Assembly: GCF_046119375.1 (NCBI RefSeq)
Contig: NW_027362762.1
Coordinates: forward strand, 929,566,001 to 929,630,000
Length of the DNA: 64,000 nt
Direction: 5' to 3'
DNA from: Phyllobates terribilis
Lineage: Eukaryota
The notes under the pieces were generated by a model. That model had not been told where the DNA came from and made no database searches. It worked only from the letters and a program-made list of their open reading frames with translations. The position numbers and the translations under genes are program-made. Below are positions 10,570 to 24,108 of the stretch, piece after piece (the stretch's first letter is position 1; every line of letters starts with the position of its first letter).

Positions 10570-13131
10570 ATGACAACTTATTCAATATGATGACCTAATG
10601 TTATCAAATTCTGTGTCGTACATCTGGGTTCAAAATGTTCACTATACCCCTTGATAAAATCCTTGAGGGGTCTAGTTTCCAAAATGGGGTCACTTGTGGG
10701 GGAGCTCCAATGTTTAGGCTCACAGGGGCTCTCCAAACGCGACATGGTGTCCGCTAACAAATTGAATTGGAAAATCGGCTCAAATTGTTAGCGGACACCA
10801 TGTCGCGTTTGGAGAGCCCCTGTGTGCCTAAACATTGGAGCTCCCCCACAAGTGACCCCATTTTGGAAACTAGACCCCCCAAGGCACCTATCTAGATGCA
10901 TAGTGAGCACTTGGAACCCCCAGGCGCTTCACAAATTGATTTGTAAAAATGAAAAAGTGTTTGTTTTTTTTCCACTTTTTCATTTTTACGGATTAATTTG
11001 TGAAGCACCTAGGGGTTCCAAGTGCTCACTATGCATCTAGATAGGTGCCTTGGGGGGGTCTAGTTTCCAAAATGGGGTCACTTGTGGGGGAGCTCCAATG
11101 TTTAGGCACACAGGGGCTCTCCAAACGCAACATGGCGTCCGCTAATTATTCAAGCAAATTTTACAATCAAAAGTCAAATGGCGCTCCTTCCCTTCCGAAC
11201 CCTGCCGTGCGCCCAAACAGTGTTTTTTCCCCACATATGGGGTATCTGCGTGCCCAGGGGAAATTGCACAACAAATTTTGGGGTCCATTTTTTCTTGTTA
11301 CCCCTGCGAAAATAAAAAAAATTGGGTCTAAAATAACATTTTTGTGAAAAAAGTTAAATGTTCATTTTTTTCTTCCACATTCCAAAAATTCCTGTGAAGC
11401 ACCTGAAGGGTTAATAAAAGTTCTTGAATGTGGTTTTGAGCACCTTGAGGAGTGCAGTTTTTAGAATGGTGTCACTTTTGGGTATTTTCTGTCATAAAGA
11501 CCTCTCAAAATGACTTCAAATGTGATGTGGTCCCTAAAAAATGGTTTTGTAAATTTTGTTGGAAAAATGAGAAATTGCTGGTCAACTTTTTACCATTATA
11601 GCTCCCTAATAAAAAAAAATTTTGATTCCAAAATTGTGCTGATGTAAAGTAAACATGTGGGAAATGTTATTTATTAACTATTTTGTGTGACATATCTCTC
11701 TGATTTAAGGGCATAAAAATTCAAATTTTGAAAATTGCTAAATTTTCAAAATTTTCACCAAATTTCCTTTTTTATCACAAATAAACGCAAGTGATATCGA
11801 AGAAATTTTACCACAATCATGAAGTACAATATGTCACGAAAAAACATTCTCTGAATCAGGGGGATCCGTTGAAGCGTTCCTGAGTAATTACCTCATAAAG
11901 TGACAGTGGTCAGAATTGTAAAAATTGGCCTGGTCATTAATGTCTGAGCAAAGGGTCTGAATACTTATGACCATGTGATATTTCAGTTTTTCTTTTTTTA
12001 TACATTTGCAAAAATGTCTACATTTCTGTTTTTTTTCAGTCAAGATGGGGTGCAGAGTGTACTTTAATGAGAAAAAATGAACTTTTTAGAATTTACCAAA
12101 TGACTGCAATGAAACAAAGAGTGAAAAATTTAAAGGGGTCTGAATACTTTCAGTACCCACTTTAAAAGCCAAAGCAGGGAATGCAGCAGCCATTTGTCGT
12201 GAATCTGGAAAGGGAGATGACATCACATCTGACGGATTAGCAATATAGATAGGAAAAGAAAGATATAAAACACTGAAGAAATCGAATGTGACAGCACACA
12301 AGTGATAAACAGCTATCATCCGTTTACCCATAGAGATATATGTTGAGGTCCCTTGGACATTACTAGGGTAGTGTTAGGAGACCTCAGAGTGTTTCACACA
12401 TGTTTTCAGGGCAATTGAACGCCCTGTAGTACTTGCAATTCAAGACTAATCGATACTCTGCAAATCAAATTCTTTTGAAGAATTTGACTAAGCTGGAGAA
12501 TTTGAATTTTAAAAGTCTCATTGATTGCTAAATTGGAGCAATTGCTGCCAAATTTGCCATTCCTTAAATTTAAAAATTTAAGTTTACACATAGAGGAATT
12601 GTTGCAGATTTTCAGTGGGGATACAACAAAATCCCTAGGGTAAAATATCTGCTTCAGCCAAGTATCTCTCCAATAAAGTATCACACAGAATCGGCAGCAC
12701 ATAAAAATAAAGAGAAATCCTTTACTTTTCCACTGTCACAAAACATTATTGAAATTTACAATTTCCCTTGCAGTGTACTATGCAGCCTCTCTGCGTGCTC
12801 CTGTTTCATCCTTATTAAATTATGGAGGCCGAGCTCTGGTGTCTAATTTATCTCTGGAGTAATAAATGCATTTCCGTCTTTAATTATTGAGCAGAAGGAT
12901 TCTCCAAATTTAAATGTTTGGAGCGGAAATCTAACTGGATAAAATACAGTAATTTGTACAAAATATTGCCCCCTTGTTCCATTCAATGCACAGTTGCCCT
13001 CAGTGACAGCCCAATGGTTTGGGAACCAACAAGTGCCAACCTATTTTACGGTATGAACATAAAATATGTTATGGACTCAAAGGTCATGTCAGAGTTGACC
13101 TTTAAGGGCTTGTCTAAGATTTTTATTTTAA

Positions 13132-13763
13132 AGAGGACCTTTCACCAAATATTTCATGTTGAACTGGATACACAATGTAATAATGGCTGCATAGCAGAAT
13201 AAAATGTATTTTCTTTTTGTTCATTTTGCCTCTCCGCTGTGGAGATATTAGCAATCAAAGTATTTGTCACCTAATGAGTTAACTTTTTTTTTAAGTTAAA
13301 TTGGATGTTATCAGACAGTTTTCACTTGGAGCGTGTACTTCTCTCTGTCTGATCTTGACCAATCATAAGCAACCAGCAACACTCAAAGCACTGCTTATGA
13401 TTGGTCAGCATCATACAGGGAGAAAAAGTACACGCCCCCAGTGAGAACTGTATGCTAACTAATTTAAGTCCAAGTGGGCGTCAAACAGTTTTTATTGGGG
13501 GCGTGTACTTTGTCTCCCTGTATGATGCTGATCAATCATAAGCAGTGCTTTGAGTGTTGCTGCCTGCTTATGATTGGTCAGCATCATACAGACAGAAGAA
13601 TTACAGTGAAAACTGTCTGATAACACCCACTTGGACTTAAAAATAGTTACTTTGCTTGCTAATATCTCCGCAACGGTGAGGCAAAATTAAAAACAAAACA
13701 TCATTTTATTCCACTCTGCAGCCACTATTATATCCTATGTCCAGTTCAAAATGAAACATTTGG
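13132..13763. mobile_element. Palindromic Kolobok/T2-type MITE, right end truncated
   Basis: TTAA|AGAGGACCTTTCACC left end; mirrored arms (ccaaatatttcatgttgaactgg vs ccagttcaaaatgaaacatttgg); two internal hairpin units. Confidence 0.7.
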
Positions 13764-15025
13764 CTTAGTGGCTAGTATGAAAATAGAAAGATTTCTGATA
13801 TATTTTAATATAGAGTGTAATATGAAAAAATGCCCCCAAAAATGTATCAAAAATGTAAAATGACATTTAACATAAAAACAGATTTAAGCAATCGCTCATT
13901 TTCTGATGACAAAGCCCTGGAGCCAGATCACCCTGCCCTCAGATATAATTCTACATCCAGATAACTCTGCCCAGATAACCTTGCTGACAGCTTTCTATTA
14001 TCTTTGTGTGTCTTATCTGTACTTATGCTATAGACATATCATTAATCGCTTGTGATAATGAAGCCATAACATTTAATTATTTACTGTCAGCTGTGATATA
14101 AGATGAGTCTATAGTGCAAACAATGTGGTATAGCCGCTATTTGTACATAGACAAGATGCAAATAAATGTATATTAAAAAGGAGGTGTAGATCTTTGGGAA
14201 CATCTATTTAATGTGCTTTGATTGTTTATCAAGACAAGTTTTTTTTCACTTTTATTTGACATGGACTTCCTGACATAGACATCTTCGGTGATATCTTTTT
14301 CACTTCCAAGAGCCATAATTTTTTTTTCCTGTACAACTTAATGTACCATAGAATGTATTGAAAAAAACTAAAATGAATGAGCAAGATGAAATAGAAAAAA
14401 AATAATTGTGCCTGAGAATGTTTTTCTATTTATTTACTTTATTTTTTTTTTAAGAAAGTGATTTCGATAACCAAAAATACTTAAGTATTTTTCTGTCCAT
14501 GGAGCTGTGTGAGGGTTTGTGCTTTTTCCAAGGTGAGCTGCAGTTTTTATTGGTACTATTTTGTGGTACAGTACAAGTGAGTTTTTGATCACTTTTTTAT
14601 TCTATTTTTCAGCAGATGTAAGGTTATTAAAAATAGTGTGGAGTGGTGGAGATAGCCTAGATGGTTTGGATGCTACAGTCTATATCTACCCTCCTGGTAT
14701 TGGAGAAAGTAGATTCTCCGTTTAAGGTGGAAAAAAACTCGTCCAAAACCATTGAAAATCTTTTAAGGAAAAGAAAAACTGCTCCGAAAAGTCCGCAAAA
14801 AAGGAATGTTTCTGGAAGTGATTTTTGCGTGAAAAACTCATCTTTGTATATCTCAAAATACATCATGTGAACATAGCCTTATGTGTATGTGTAGTTTAAT
14901 ACCGCTGGTTACCTAGAAGAGTGGTGTGGTCGCGCAATTTACGCAGGTGCTACAGTCTATGGGCACTTCCTGCCCTCATTGTTTTGTTCCTATACAGTGA
15001 GAGCTCAGTTGGAGTTGCTTTCGCA

Positions 15026-15185
15026 GAGCGCAGCAGTGAAGATGAGTTTGCCATCGGCTGCTGCGCTCTGCATAAGCAAAAATCAAAATCACAAAGATCA
15101 GAGTAATGAAGTCAGTTTTATCATCACAGTTGCTGCCTATGCAGAGCGTCGCAGCCGATGACAAACTCATCTCCATTGCTCCATT
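15026..15185. repeat. Inverted repeat with arms of about 50 bp, probable MITE remnant
   Basis: gatgagtttgccatcggctgctgcgctctgcataagca pairs with tgcctatgcagagcgtcgcagccgatgacaaactcatc. Confidence 0.6.
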
Positions 15186-15277
15186 CTGCATCAGCAGCGA
15201 CGTAGAAAACAGTAGATTACCACATAATTAATGAAGACGGTGTTGAATCAACTTCAGTCCACATGATGCAATAATGC

Positions 15278-15280
<3 letters not shown>

Positions 15281-15323
<43 letters not shown>
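15281..15323. repeat. (TAT)n microsatellite
   Basis: Direct inspection. Confidence 0.95.
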
Positions 15324-15394
15324 TTTATTATTTTAGCTGCTTTTATGTTTATACTCTTTTTCCAACCCTAACTAGGCTTAGCGTTCGGGACTGG

Positions 15395-15456
15395 TTTAGG
15401 GTTAAGGTTTAGGGTTAGACTTCAGGTGTGGGTTAGGGTTAGGGCTAGGGTTAGGT
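15395..15456 (+). repeat. Second degenerate TTAGGG-like tract
   Basis: tttagggttaaggtttagggttag...gggttagggttagggctagggttagg. Confidence 0.7.
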
Positions 15457-18400
15457 TCAGGCTTAAACTTGGTGATTGGGCAAAGGTAATAAAATTGTTA
15501 CATAAAAAATTTAAGAAAAAGCAAAAAAAATATAGATATAAGATATAACTTTTTGATTTTTTTCAATTTCATTTCTAATTTCAGCCAAAAATATTTTTTT
15601 TGCCAATGTGTAAACTATAATTACCGTACAGCAGTATGACACGTTGGTCAGCATCTGTATACACAATATTATAGGAGATGTATTGTTAATCAAAACTATG
15701 TGCACCCTCCATGTCTCTAGGTGAAACACCTATCACCCATTGACCCACTTTTACACTTGGCTCTTTGTTCACAAGTCCTAAAATATATTGGTGACTTATG
15801 ATTTTAGCCGGTCCCTCAGTTTACAAAATATCAGCTTCCAGTTTTGTGTAAATATGTTTTTCGAGAAAGAGACGACAGTCCTAATCCAAAAACTGAGCAG
15901 GATAGCTTAACCATCTACTAATCTCCTGTTAGAGATACATTAGCAGGTACAGTGAGAATATGTCTTTAGAAAATAACCTATTGTTTAAATCAAGTGGCAA
16001 AAAAATTGACAGTTTTTCAGTTTTTTTAATTTCACATTTTTATGAAAAAGAAAACAACAAAATTAGTAATCTTGAAATATTCACACTGGCTATTGGGGCT
16101 ATTTAATTGGGACTTATCATTTTTGTCCTTTCAGAAAGAGTTTACAGCAGTTTCCTTATCATCACAGGCAGGGTTGCAATGCCAGGTAACACCTCTATGC
16201 ACAGATGATGACAGCTGACCCTCTTCCTCCCTTCAAAATGACCTTTGCACATGCTCATTAGATGCTTCAATACAAAATATAGGGGCAGAGTCTGGGGACT
16301 GCAGAGTCTGATGATTGTGGCTAATGTGCATGTGAATTTCCTGAAACTACAGGAAATTAAAGTGTAAAAAAGATTTACGTTTTTTATTTTTAATCAATAT
16401 TGTGCTATGAATATTATGATATGTTATTTTAAAAAAAATACATAACCTGATTTAAACAATAAGTCATTTTCTTATTACCTTTAAAACATTTGCAGATACA
16501 GATAGTTCATTTTCAGCTGTTTGTACCACATGTAGAAACTCCAGGGCTGTACATTCATGCTCGCCTTCTGCTGCATCTCTGCTCATGGTTGGCAGTGACC
16601 GGGATCGTATACGAAGGACGTTATATATCCCCCAGAATGTGTACAGAGACCTATAAAATCCATTGGAGTGCATTGCAGTCACAAACTCACCTGCGGCTGC
16701 TATGCAGGAATGAAGGTGAGCATAGCCTGACCAGGTCAATCTGGCTCAAGCAGATTAGTAAAACCCGGCAGGGCCTTCATTTCTTGGAGGAGGCTACAGG
16801 AAGGCAGTGGGGCGGCCTCCTCCCTCCAACCCGGGTTTTCCAGTGGCTCTTGCCACAGATCCTTTAAAAACCCTGCACTAAGGATTAGTGTTGTTCTGTA
16901 TTGGAACATGCTAGGAGCTTAGCAGGAAAGCTCAGCAGGACTGAGTGTGGCTGAACCCACGCCTGGGAAGCCTCTGCACCTGTCAGGCTCTGAGTGGCCC
17001 GGCGCGGCTGTTGCCCACGGCAACCATTGTGTATGGACTTCTGTTAACCTGGCTGCGAACCGGAGGACTTTTCTGTTTAACCGTAAGTTGCTGACATAAA
17101 GCTGTTTATGTTGGACTTGCTTGGGTCACTGCCTCAGTTACTGCACGGTGTGAACACCGCCGCCTTACACATGTTATACAAAGAATTTACCAAGTATCAT
17201 GCTGGGCATAACATAAGACATTAGGATCCTTCCGAGGGCCCAGTTTCTCTCAAGATAATGGGTCACAGCCACAATACAGCCTGTGAGGTCCAGGGGAGTG
17301 TATAATGCATTTGGTAAGTGCATTTTTATGTAAATGTAATGATAGAAAACAATCATTATGCCACAATTTTAACTTATGGATATTAACCCAGGAACAACTT
17401 TATTGAAAATTCCTGCTATGGCTGTCATGAATATGAGACGGTGTGAATGATACTGTTATGGGAGCACTTCTTTTTTTAAAGATACCACTCTTTCTTTCCT
17501 TTTCTTTTCTTTTCTTTTCTTTCTTTCTACCTCTCTGACTACTTTTTCAGTGTATCATTTTCTGGCTCTTCTTCCCCTCCTCTCCCCTATAGTGTTGGAG
17601 TTCCTCAAGGTTTATCCTAGTTCCTATCCACTTTTCTCCCCGCACATGCCCTATTGTGTAGTCTTGACCAAGCTATGGTCCATTTTTGCTCTGGCACTTT
17701 ACAGACAAATGGTGTCCCAGTCGCAGTGTGCTGTAGGGTGTGGGGTGCGTCACACTCACTTGTAGGCCACAGGCCTCTGCTGCCTCCAGGCTTCTGTCCT
17801 CAGGAGCTGTCGCACACAGTTCAAGGGACACCAAGTTCTTTACAACAGGCAAATGTTTACTGATCAGTTCAAGTTCATCAGGTGGTGATATGTAGGATAG
17901 GGCACAGCATTTCACATTTCTTCCTTCCTTAGTAAAGTAGCTCTTCAGCCCTGCCACCCGTTCGACCTTGACTAACCCCCAAGCCCACTGACTCCATCAA
18001 CCTCAGGGATTTCCTCTCCACTCTGACAGTGCACCTGGGAATGGCTACCTGCTCCCTCGCAATTCCACGTCCACCGACCTCTAGATGTCAGAAGACCAGG
18101 CCCGCTCCTTGGTACCTAGCCTGAACCCTAGGCTCCAGACACTACAGGAATGTCCATCTGGGAACTCAATACAGCCTCCCACTGCCTCGAACGATTGGCC
18201 CATGCTGCCCCTAGCAGCCCACTGCACCTGAACTTGACACTGCACTTCTCTAACCACACACATCAGGAAGTGCCCCCCTTTTTATTAACACTCGTTCAGA
18301 ACACACTGGGCAAGTTCTATCATTAACTGTACTATCTTATAAACTAAGCCTATAGTTCCTATCCTATGTACTATACCTTTGATAAACCACTTACTATATA

Positions 18401-18507
18401 AACCGTACTTATGCTATCTCAAAGGTAATTCTATACTTATCCTGCACTTAACACTACTCAAATTGTACATTAACACTTCACATGACTTATATGCTGTACA
18501 GACAACA

Positions 18508-18700
18508 TCTGCAAGGAGTTTGTATGTTCTCCCCTGGTTTGTGTGGGTTTCCTCCGGGTTCTCTGGTTTCCTCCCACACTCCAAAGAGATACTGATAGGG
18601 AATGTAGACTGTGGGCCCCAATGGGGTCAGGTTCGATAATGTCTGTAAATTGTCTGAATTGTAAAGCTCTGCAGAATATGTTGGCGCTATATAAATAAAA
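18508..18700 (+). mobile_element. V-SINE-like element with L2-type tail, 5' truncated
   Basis: ggagtttgtatgttctccc...gggtttcctccggg...ggtttcctcccacactccaaag resembles the V-domain (from memory); tail ggcgctatataaataaa. Confidence 0.75.
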
Positions 18701-18922
18701 AGATTATCATTATAACTTTAACACATCATATAAGACGCACATCACTATTACATGTAAAACCACATGGCACTATACACATGGCGCAATTGTTGTCTTCTTG
18801 GGCAGGAACAGGGTAAGACAGTCCACATCTCTACAGTTGGATAAAGTATTAGCAGATTTGTCTTTCAGTACGTATCTACGCTGATGATAATCAAATCTGT
18901 AAGTCTTCTCTCATGACATTAA

Positions 18923-19290
18923 CACCTCATTCACATGTTAGTATTTTTCACATATGCAAAAAAATGGTACCAGTGTCAATGTTTGGTTGGTCTATCATCA
19001 GTATTTTTCATGCATGGATAAATAAATCACAAAGCTTCTCCTGTCCTTTTCAATGTTTAATATGGACAGAACACGGATGGAACATGGATGCCATCAGTGT
19101 GCTGTACGTGTTTTTCTCGGACCTATAGACTTGTATTGGATCTTTTCATCCGTGATAACGGACAAAATGGACGTCACCATTAGTTTTGCACAAACAAATG
19201 GTCCGTGAAAAACAAGGACATGTGAACAGCCTCATAGACTATAATAGTAAATGTTGTATCTGTGAAAAAGATGGATATCTGAATGAGGCC
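18923..19290. mobile_element. Harbinger-type MITE
   Basis: TAA|CACCTCATTCACA at the left and TCTGAATGAGGCC|TAA at the right. Confidence 0.7.
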
Positions 19291-19339
19291 TAACCCTTCA
19301 TTACCACAAAACACCAGTTAATGTGGGCTGTCTTTAACA

Positions 19340-19890
19340 TCATGTCTTTGCTCTATCTGAAACTGAAGCTTTCAAAAACTGAACTTTTTGTGTTTCCTAC
19401 CTCTATTAACCAACTTAAACCTTATATTTCCATTTCTGTGTCTGGTTCTATTATAACTCCCAGGGTTATAGTTGACTCAAATCTTTCCTCCACTCCCTAT
19501 ATCCAATCACTCATTCATGTCACCTGCAACTCAAAATATTTCCAAAATCCACCCTTTTATTACCAACAAAACTGCAAAAACTGGTATTGTCACTCTAATT
19601 CATTCTCTTTTTGATTACTACAAAGTACTAATAATTGGTCTTCCTCTCACTAAATTCTTCCTTCTCTAATCTATCCTAAACACAGCAGCCAGGGTTATAT
19701 TTCTGTCCAGCTACTACACTAATGCCTCCACCCTGTGCCAGTCGTTGCACTGGTTACCCATATGTTACAGAAAACCACATAAACTTACCACATTCACCCA
19801 CAAAGCTCTCTGCAGTGCTGCACAGCCATAAATCTCCTTTCTCATCTTTCTACCACCCTACGCACACACTTTCTTCTGCTAATGATCTAA
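19340..19890 (+). mobile_element. Older L2 LINE fragment (RT C-terminal region); continues at about 20897-21046 and 22905-23176
   Basis: LKLKLSKTELFVFP and degenerate downstream L2 motifs; split by a younger L2, a Tc1 and a SINE. Confidence 0.7.
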
Positions 19891-20890
19891 GACTGGCACT
19901 GGACTGCCTGTCCGCTATTTCATCTTTCTTCCCTGCTGGATTCCTAAAACTTAATATGGATAAAATTGAATTCATCATCTTTCCCCCATCTCGCTCAACC
20001 ACCCCATCTAACCTATCTATCAAAGTCAATGGCTAGCCACTCTCCCCAGTCCCTCAAGCTCGCTGCCTCGGGGTAACCTTTGACTCTGATCTCTCCTTCA
20101 AACCTCATATCCAAGACCTTTCCACTTCTTGCCAACTCCAGCTCAAAAATATTTCCTGGATCCGCACATTCCTCAACCACGAATATGCAAAAACACTAGT
20201 GCATGCCCTCATCATCTCCCACCTCGACTACTGCAACCTCTTGCTCTGTGGCCTCCCTTCTACCACTCTCGCACCCCTCCAATCTATCCTAAACTCTGCT
20301 GGCCGACTAATCCGCCTGTACCCCCGCTATTCCCCGGCCTCTCCTCTTTGTCAATCCCTTCACTGGCTCCCTATTGCCCAGAGACTCCAGTTCAAAACCC
20401 TAACCATGGCATATAAAGCCATCCACAACCTGTCTCCTCCATACATCTGTGACCTAGTCTCCCGGTACTTACCTGCACGCAACTTCTGATCCTCACAAGA
20501 TCTCCTTCTCTACTCCCCTCTTATCTCCTCTTCCCACAATCGCATACAAGATTTCTCCCGTGTATCCCCTCTACTCTGGAACTCTCTACCCCAACACATC
20601 AAACTCTTGCCTACCGTGGAAACCTTCAAAAAGAACCTGACAAACCTACAACCTGCAGTAACCCTCGCTCCACCATACCGCTGCACAACCAGCTCTATCC
20701 TTACCTACTGTATCCTCACCCATCCCTTGTAGATTGTGAGCCCTCGCGGGCAGTGTCCTCGCTCCTCCTGTACCAGTCGCTGACTCATTTTTGTTCAAAT
20801 TATTGTGCTTGTTGTTTGCTATGTATACCCCTTTTAAACATGTAAAGTACCATGGAATTAATGGCGCTATAATAATAAATAATAATAATT
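19891..20890 (+). mobile_element. Younger 5'-truncated L2 LINE with intact 3' tail
   Basis: FLKLNMDKIEFIIFP; HALIISHLDYCNLLLCGLP...LHWLPIAQRLQFKTL...YKAIHNLSPPY; tail ggcgctat(aat)n. Confidence 0.9.
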
Positions 20891-21439
20891 CTTCATTATC
20901 CAAATCTCCCACTCCCATTTCCATGACTTTTCTCGTGCTACACCAATTCCCTGGAATGCACTACTCCAGATAAACAGGTTAATTCTCAGTGTCCACAGTT
21001 TGAATCATGCCCTAAAAACACTTCTTTTTCAGTCATGCTTATCACACAATTGAAACCAGAAGTTTACATACACTATATAAAAAGACACATATGCATGTTT
21101 TTCTCAATATCTGACATGAAATCAGAATAAAACTTTGCAGTTTTAGGTCAATTAGGATTACCATAAATTTTTATATATTTGCCAAATGCCAGAATAATGA
21201 GAGAGAGATAATGTTTTAAGGCATTTTTATTACTTACTGCAAAGTCAAAAGTTTGCATACATTAAGATTACTATGCCTTTAAACAATTCTGGACTGCCCA
21301 TATGATGATGTCAAGTGTTTGGAAGCTCCTGATTATTTTGATTTCTGAGTTTTTTTGGCAACATCTGAGTTAATTAGAGACACACCTGTGGATGTATTTT
21401 AATGCACACCTGAAACACACTGGTTCTTTGTGTAGCATC

Positions 21440-22400
<961 letters not shown>

Positions 22401-22489
22401 GTCATTCAGATTAAGGGCAATGGTACCATATACTAATGAAATGTATGTAAACTTTTGACTTTGCAGTAAGTAATAAAAACGCCTTAAAA

Positions 22490-22492
<3 letters not shown>

Positions 22493-22554
<62 letters not shown>
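22493..22554. repeat. (TC)n microsatellite inside the Tc1 right IR
   Basis: Direct inspection. Confidence 0.95.
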
Positions 22555-22558
<4 letters not shown>

Positions 22559-22708
22559 TTCTGGCATTTGGCAAATATTAAAAATTATGGTAATCCTAAT
22601 TGACCTAAAACGAGAGAGGTTTATTCTGATTTCATGTCAGTTATTGAGAAAAACATGCATATGTGTCTTTTTATATAGTGTATGTAAACTTCTGATTTCA
22701 CTAAATTA

Positions 22709-22900
22709 GGAGTTTGTATGTTCTCCCCATGTTTGCGTGGACTTCCTTTTGGGAAATCTGGTTTCCTCCCTCACTCCAAAGACATACTGATAGGGAATTT
22801 AGATTGTGAGTCTCAATGGGGATAGCGATGAAGATGTCTGTAAAGCGATGCGGAATTAATGGCGCTATATAAGTGAGTAAAAGTGAGTAAAATAAATAAA
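22709..22900 (+). mobile_element. V-SINE-like element, second copy
   Basis: Colinear with 18508-18700 and has the same L2-type tail. Confidence 0.75.
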
Positions 22901-23180
22901 GTATCTATCTTTTCTCTGTTCTCTCTACATTTTTCCTCAAAACATGATGTCTTCTTTCAACAGTCTCCCCATCCTCCATGCACTAAGTAGCACTTCATAT
23001 CTCTACAGATACTGACTGGTGACTGATTCATGCAGCTGTATAGGAATACCCTTATTTAATATAAAAGATGGAATAGAAGCACTTTTTTTCCTTTTGTGTT
23101 ACCTTTATTTCCTTTTTGCTTGAAAGCTTGGTCACCAGCCAGTATCTGTATTTGTACATATATGAAATACTGAGTGCATG

Positions 23181-23542
23181 TCACGCGCCCAGGGGATGGG
23201 GACGACTCGGCGCCCGGGCCTTGCTGTTAGTTTTGGGGGATGCCGCGGTGGCCGGCTCCTGGGCCCGTACCCTGGGGTCACTCTTAAAAAGGGGGGAAAG
23301 GTTATTTGGGATAGGGAAATGTTTGTGACGCCACCTGTGGTGTCTGGTGAGGATCATCAGCGCTGTTGCAGTCCTCTGGGGCCGGCGGTCAGGCAGCTTA
23401 GTTGGTGCGGCTATCCGGGCTCCCTCTGGTGGTCTGAGGTGGTAGGGTGGAGGTGTGTGAATGCTATGAGGGCCTCTTGTGGAGAAATCCGTTCGTGCAC
23501 CCTTCTAGGATCTGTGGCACCAATGCGCAGCAGGGCGCCACA
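23181..23542 (-). repeat. 3' LTR of B, internally deleted (362 bp)
   Basis: Matches 29634-29865 joined to 30669-30798; PPT complement TTCCCCCCTA at 23543-23552. Confidence 0.9.
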
Positions 23543-24108
23543 TTCCCCCCTAGCAAAGCTCAGTACTCCCGGACTGAAGTACTTTTTATAACAACAATAA
23601 CAACTCTTCCCTTTACGGGAGGCACTTTGCTTGAACGTTACATATAAAACATTATAAATAATAAATAGATATGTACATATAATAAGCAACCCCAGAATTC
23701 AAGTCTCTTCCAGCGAGGTTCCTCGACAGGATGTCCATCTCACAGGGTAGAGTACTTGGTAGCTTGAGGGACCTGTCCCAAACCCTCGACGTAGGCCCTG
23801 GGGTGGCTGCAGGGCATGGAGATCCTGAGTTGGACCTCTGTTAGTGCCACACCAGAGAGGTTTTCCTTCTGAGGTCACCTAAAGGGGCACTCCAGGGAGT
23901 GCAATTATTTACAAGAAGCAGTTTTTGGGCTGCACATAGTCCTCAGCCTCAAAGTTCTTTAGGTACCCTAACGGGTAGTTAGAGGCAAACAAGAAAAGTG
24001 TCCATATCACTTAGATTGTCCATTGCAAGCATAACACAAAGTAATAAATACATACATATAATACCCCAGGGGCAACTATCTACACTGTCAGAGTTTCTTC
24101 CTTTACTT

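Larger units (their letters stand above)
8696..11940. mobile_element. Non-autonomous piggyBac-like element, right terminus apparently deleted
   Basis: TTAA|CCCCTTTACGAC left end; perfect 22-bp subterminal inverted repeat (8710-8731 / 8751-8772); Tc1 sequence resumes at 11941; no transposase. Confidence 0.7.
7331..12162 (-). mobile_element. Tc1 transposon interrupted by a piggyBac-like insertion
   Basis: TA|CAGTGGGTACGGAAAGTATTCAG at the left and CTGAATACTTTCAGTACCCACTT|TA at the right; transposase fragments on the minus strand. Confidence 0.9.

Noticed and set aside
12380-12720. Possible L1 RT relic (FQWGYNKI...LGVK-like) or LRR-like exon
   Set aside because: Needs several assumed frameshifts and has multiple stops; too weak without a profile search.
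16889-17168. LTR-like fragment ending in TTACA
   Set aside because: No matching TSD or clear 5' end could be found.
17550-18482. Possible reverse-oriented solo LTR containing GGGGTGCGTCACA
   Set aside because: Candidate ends give no TSD; left unclassified.
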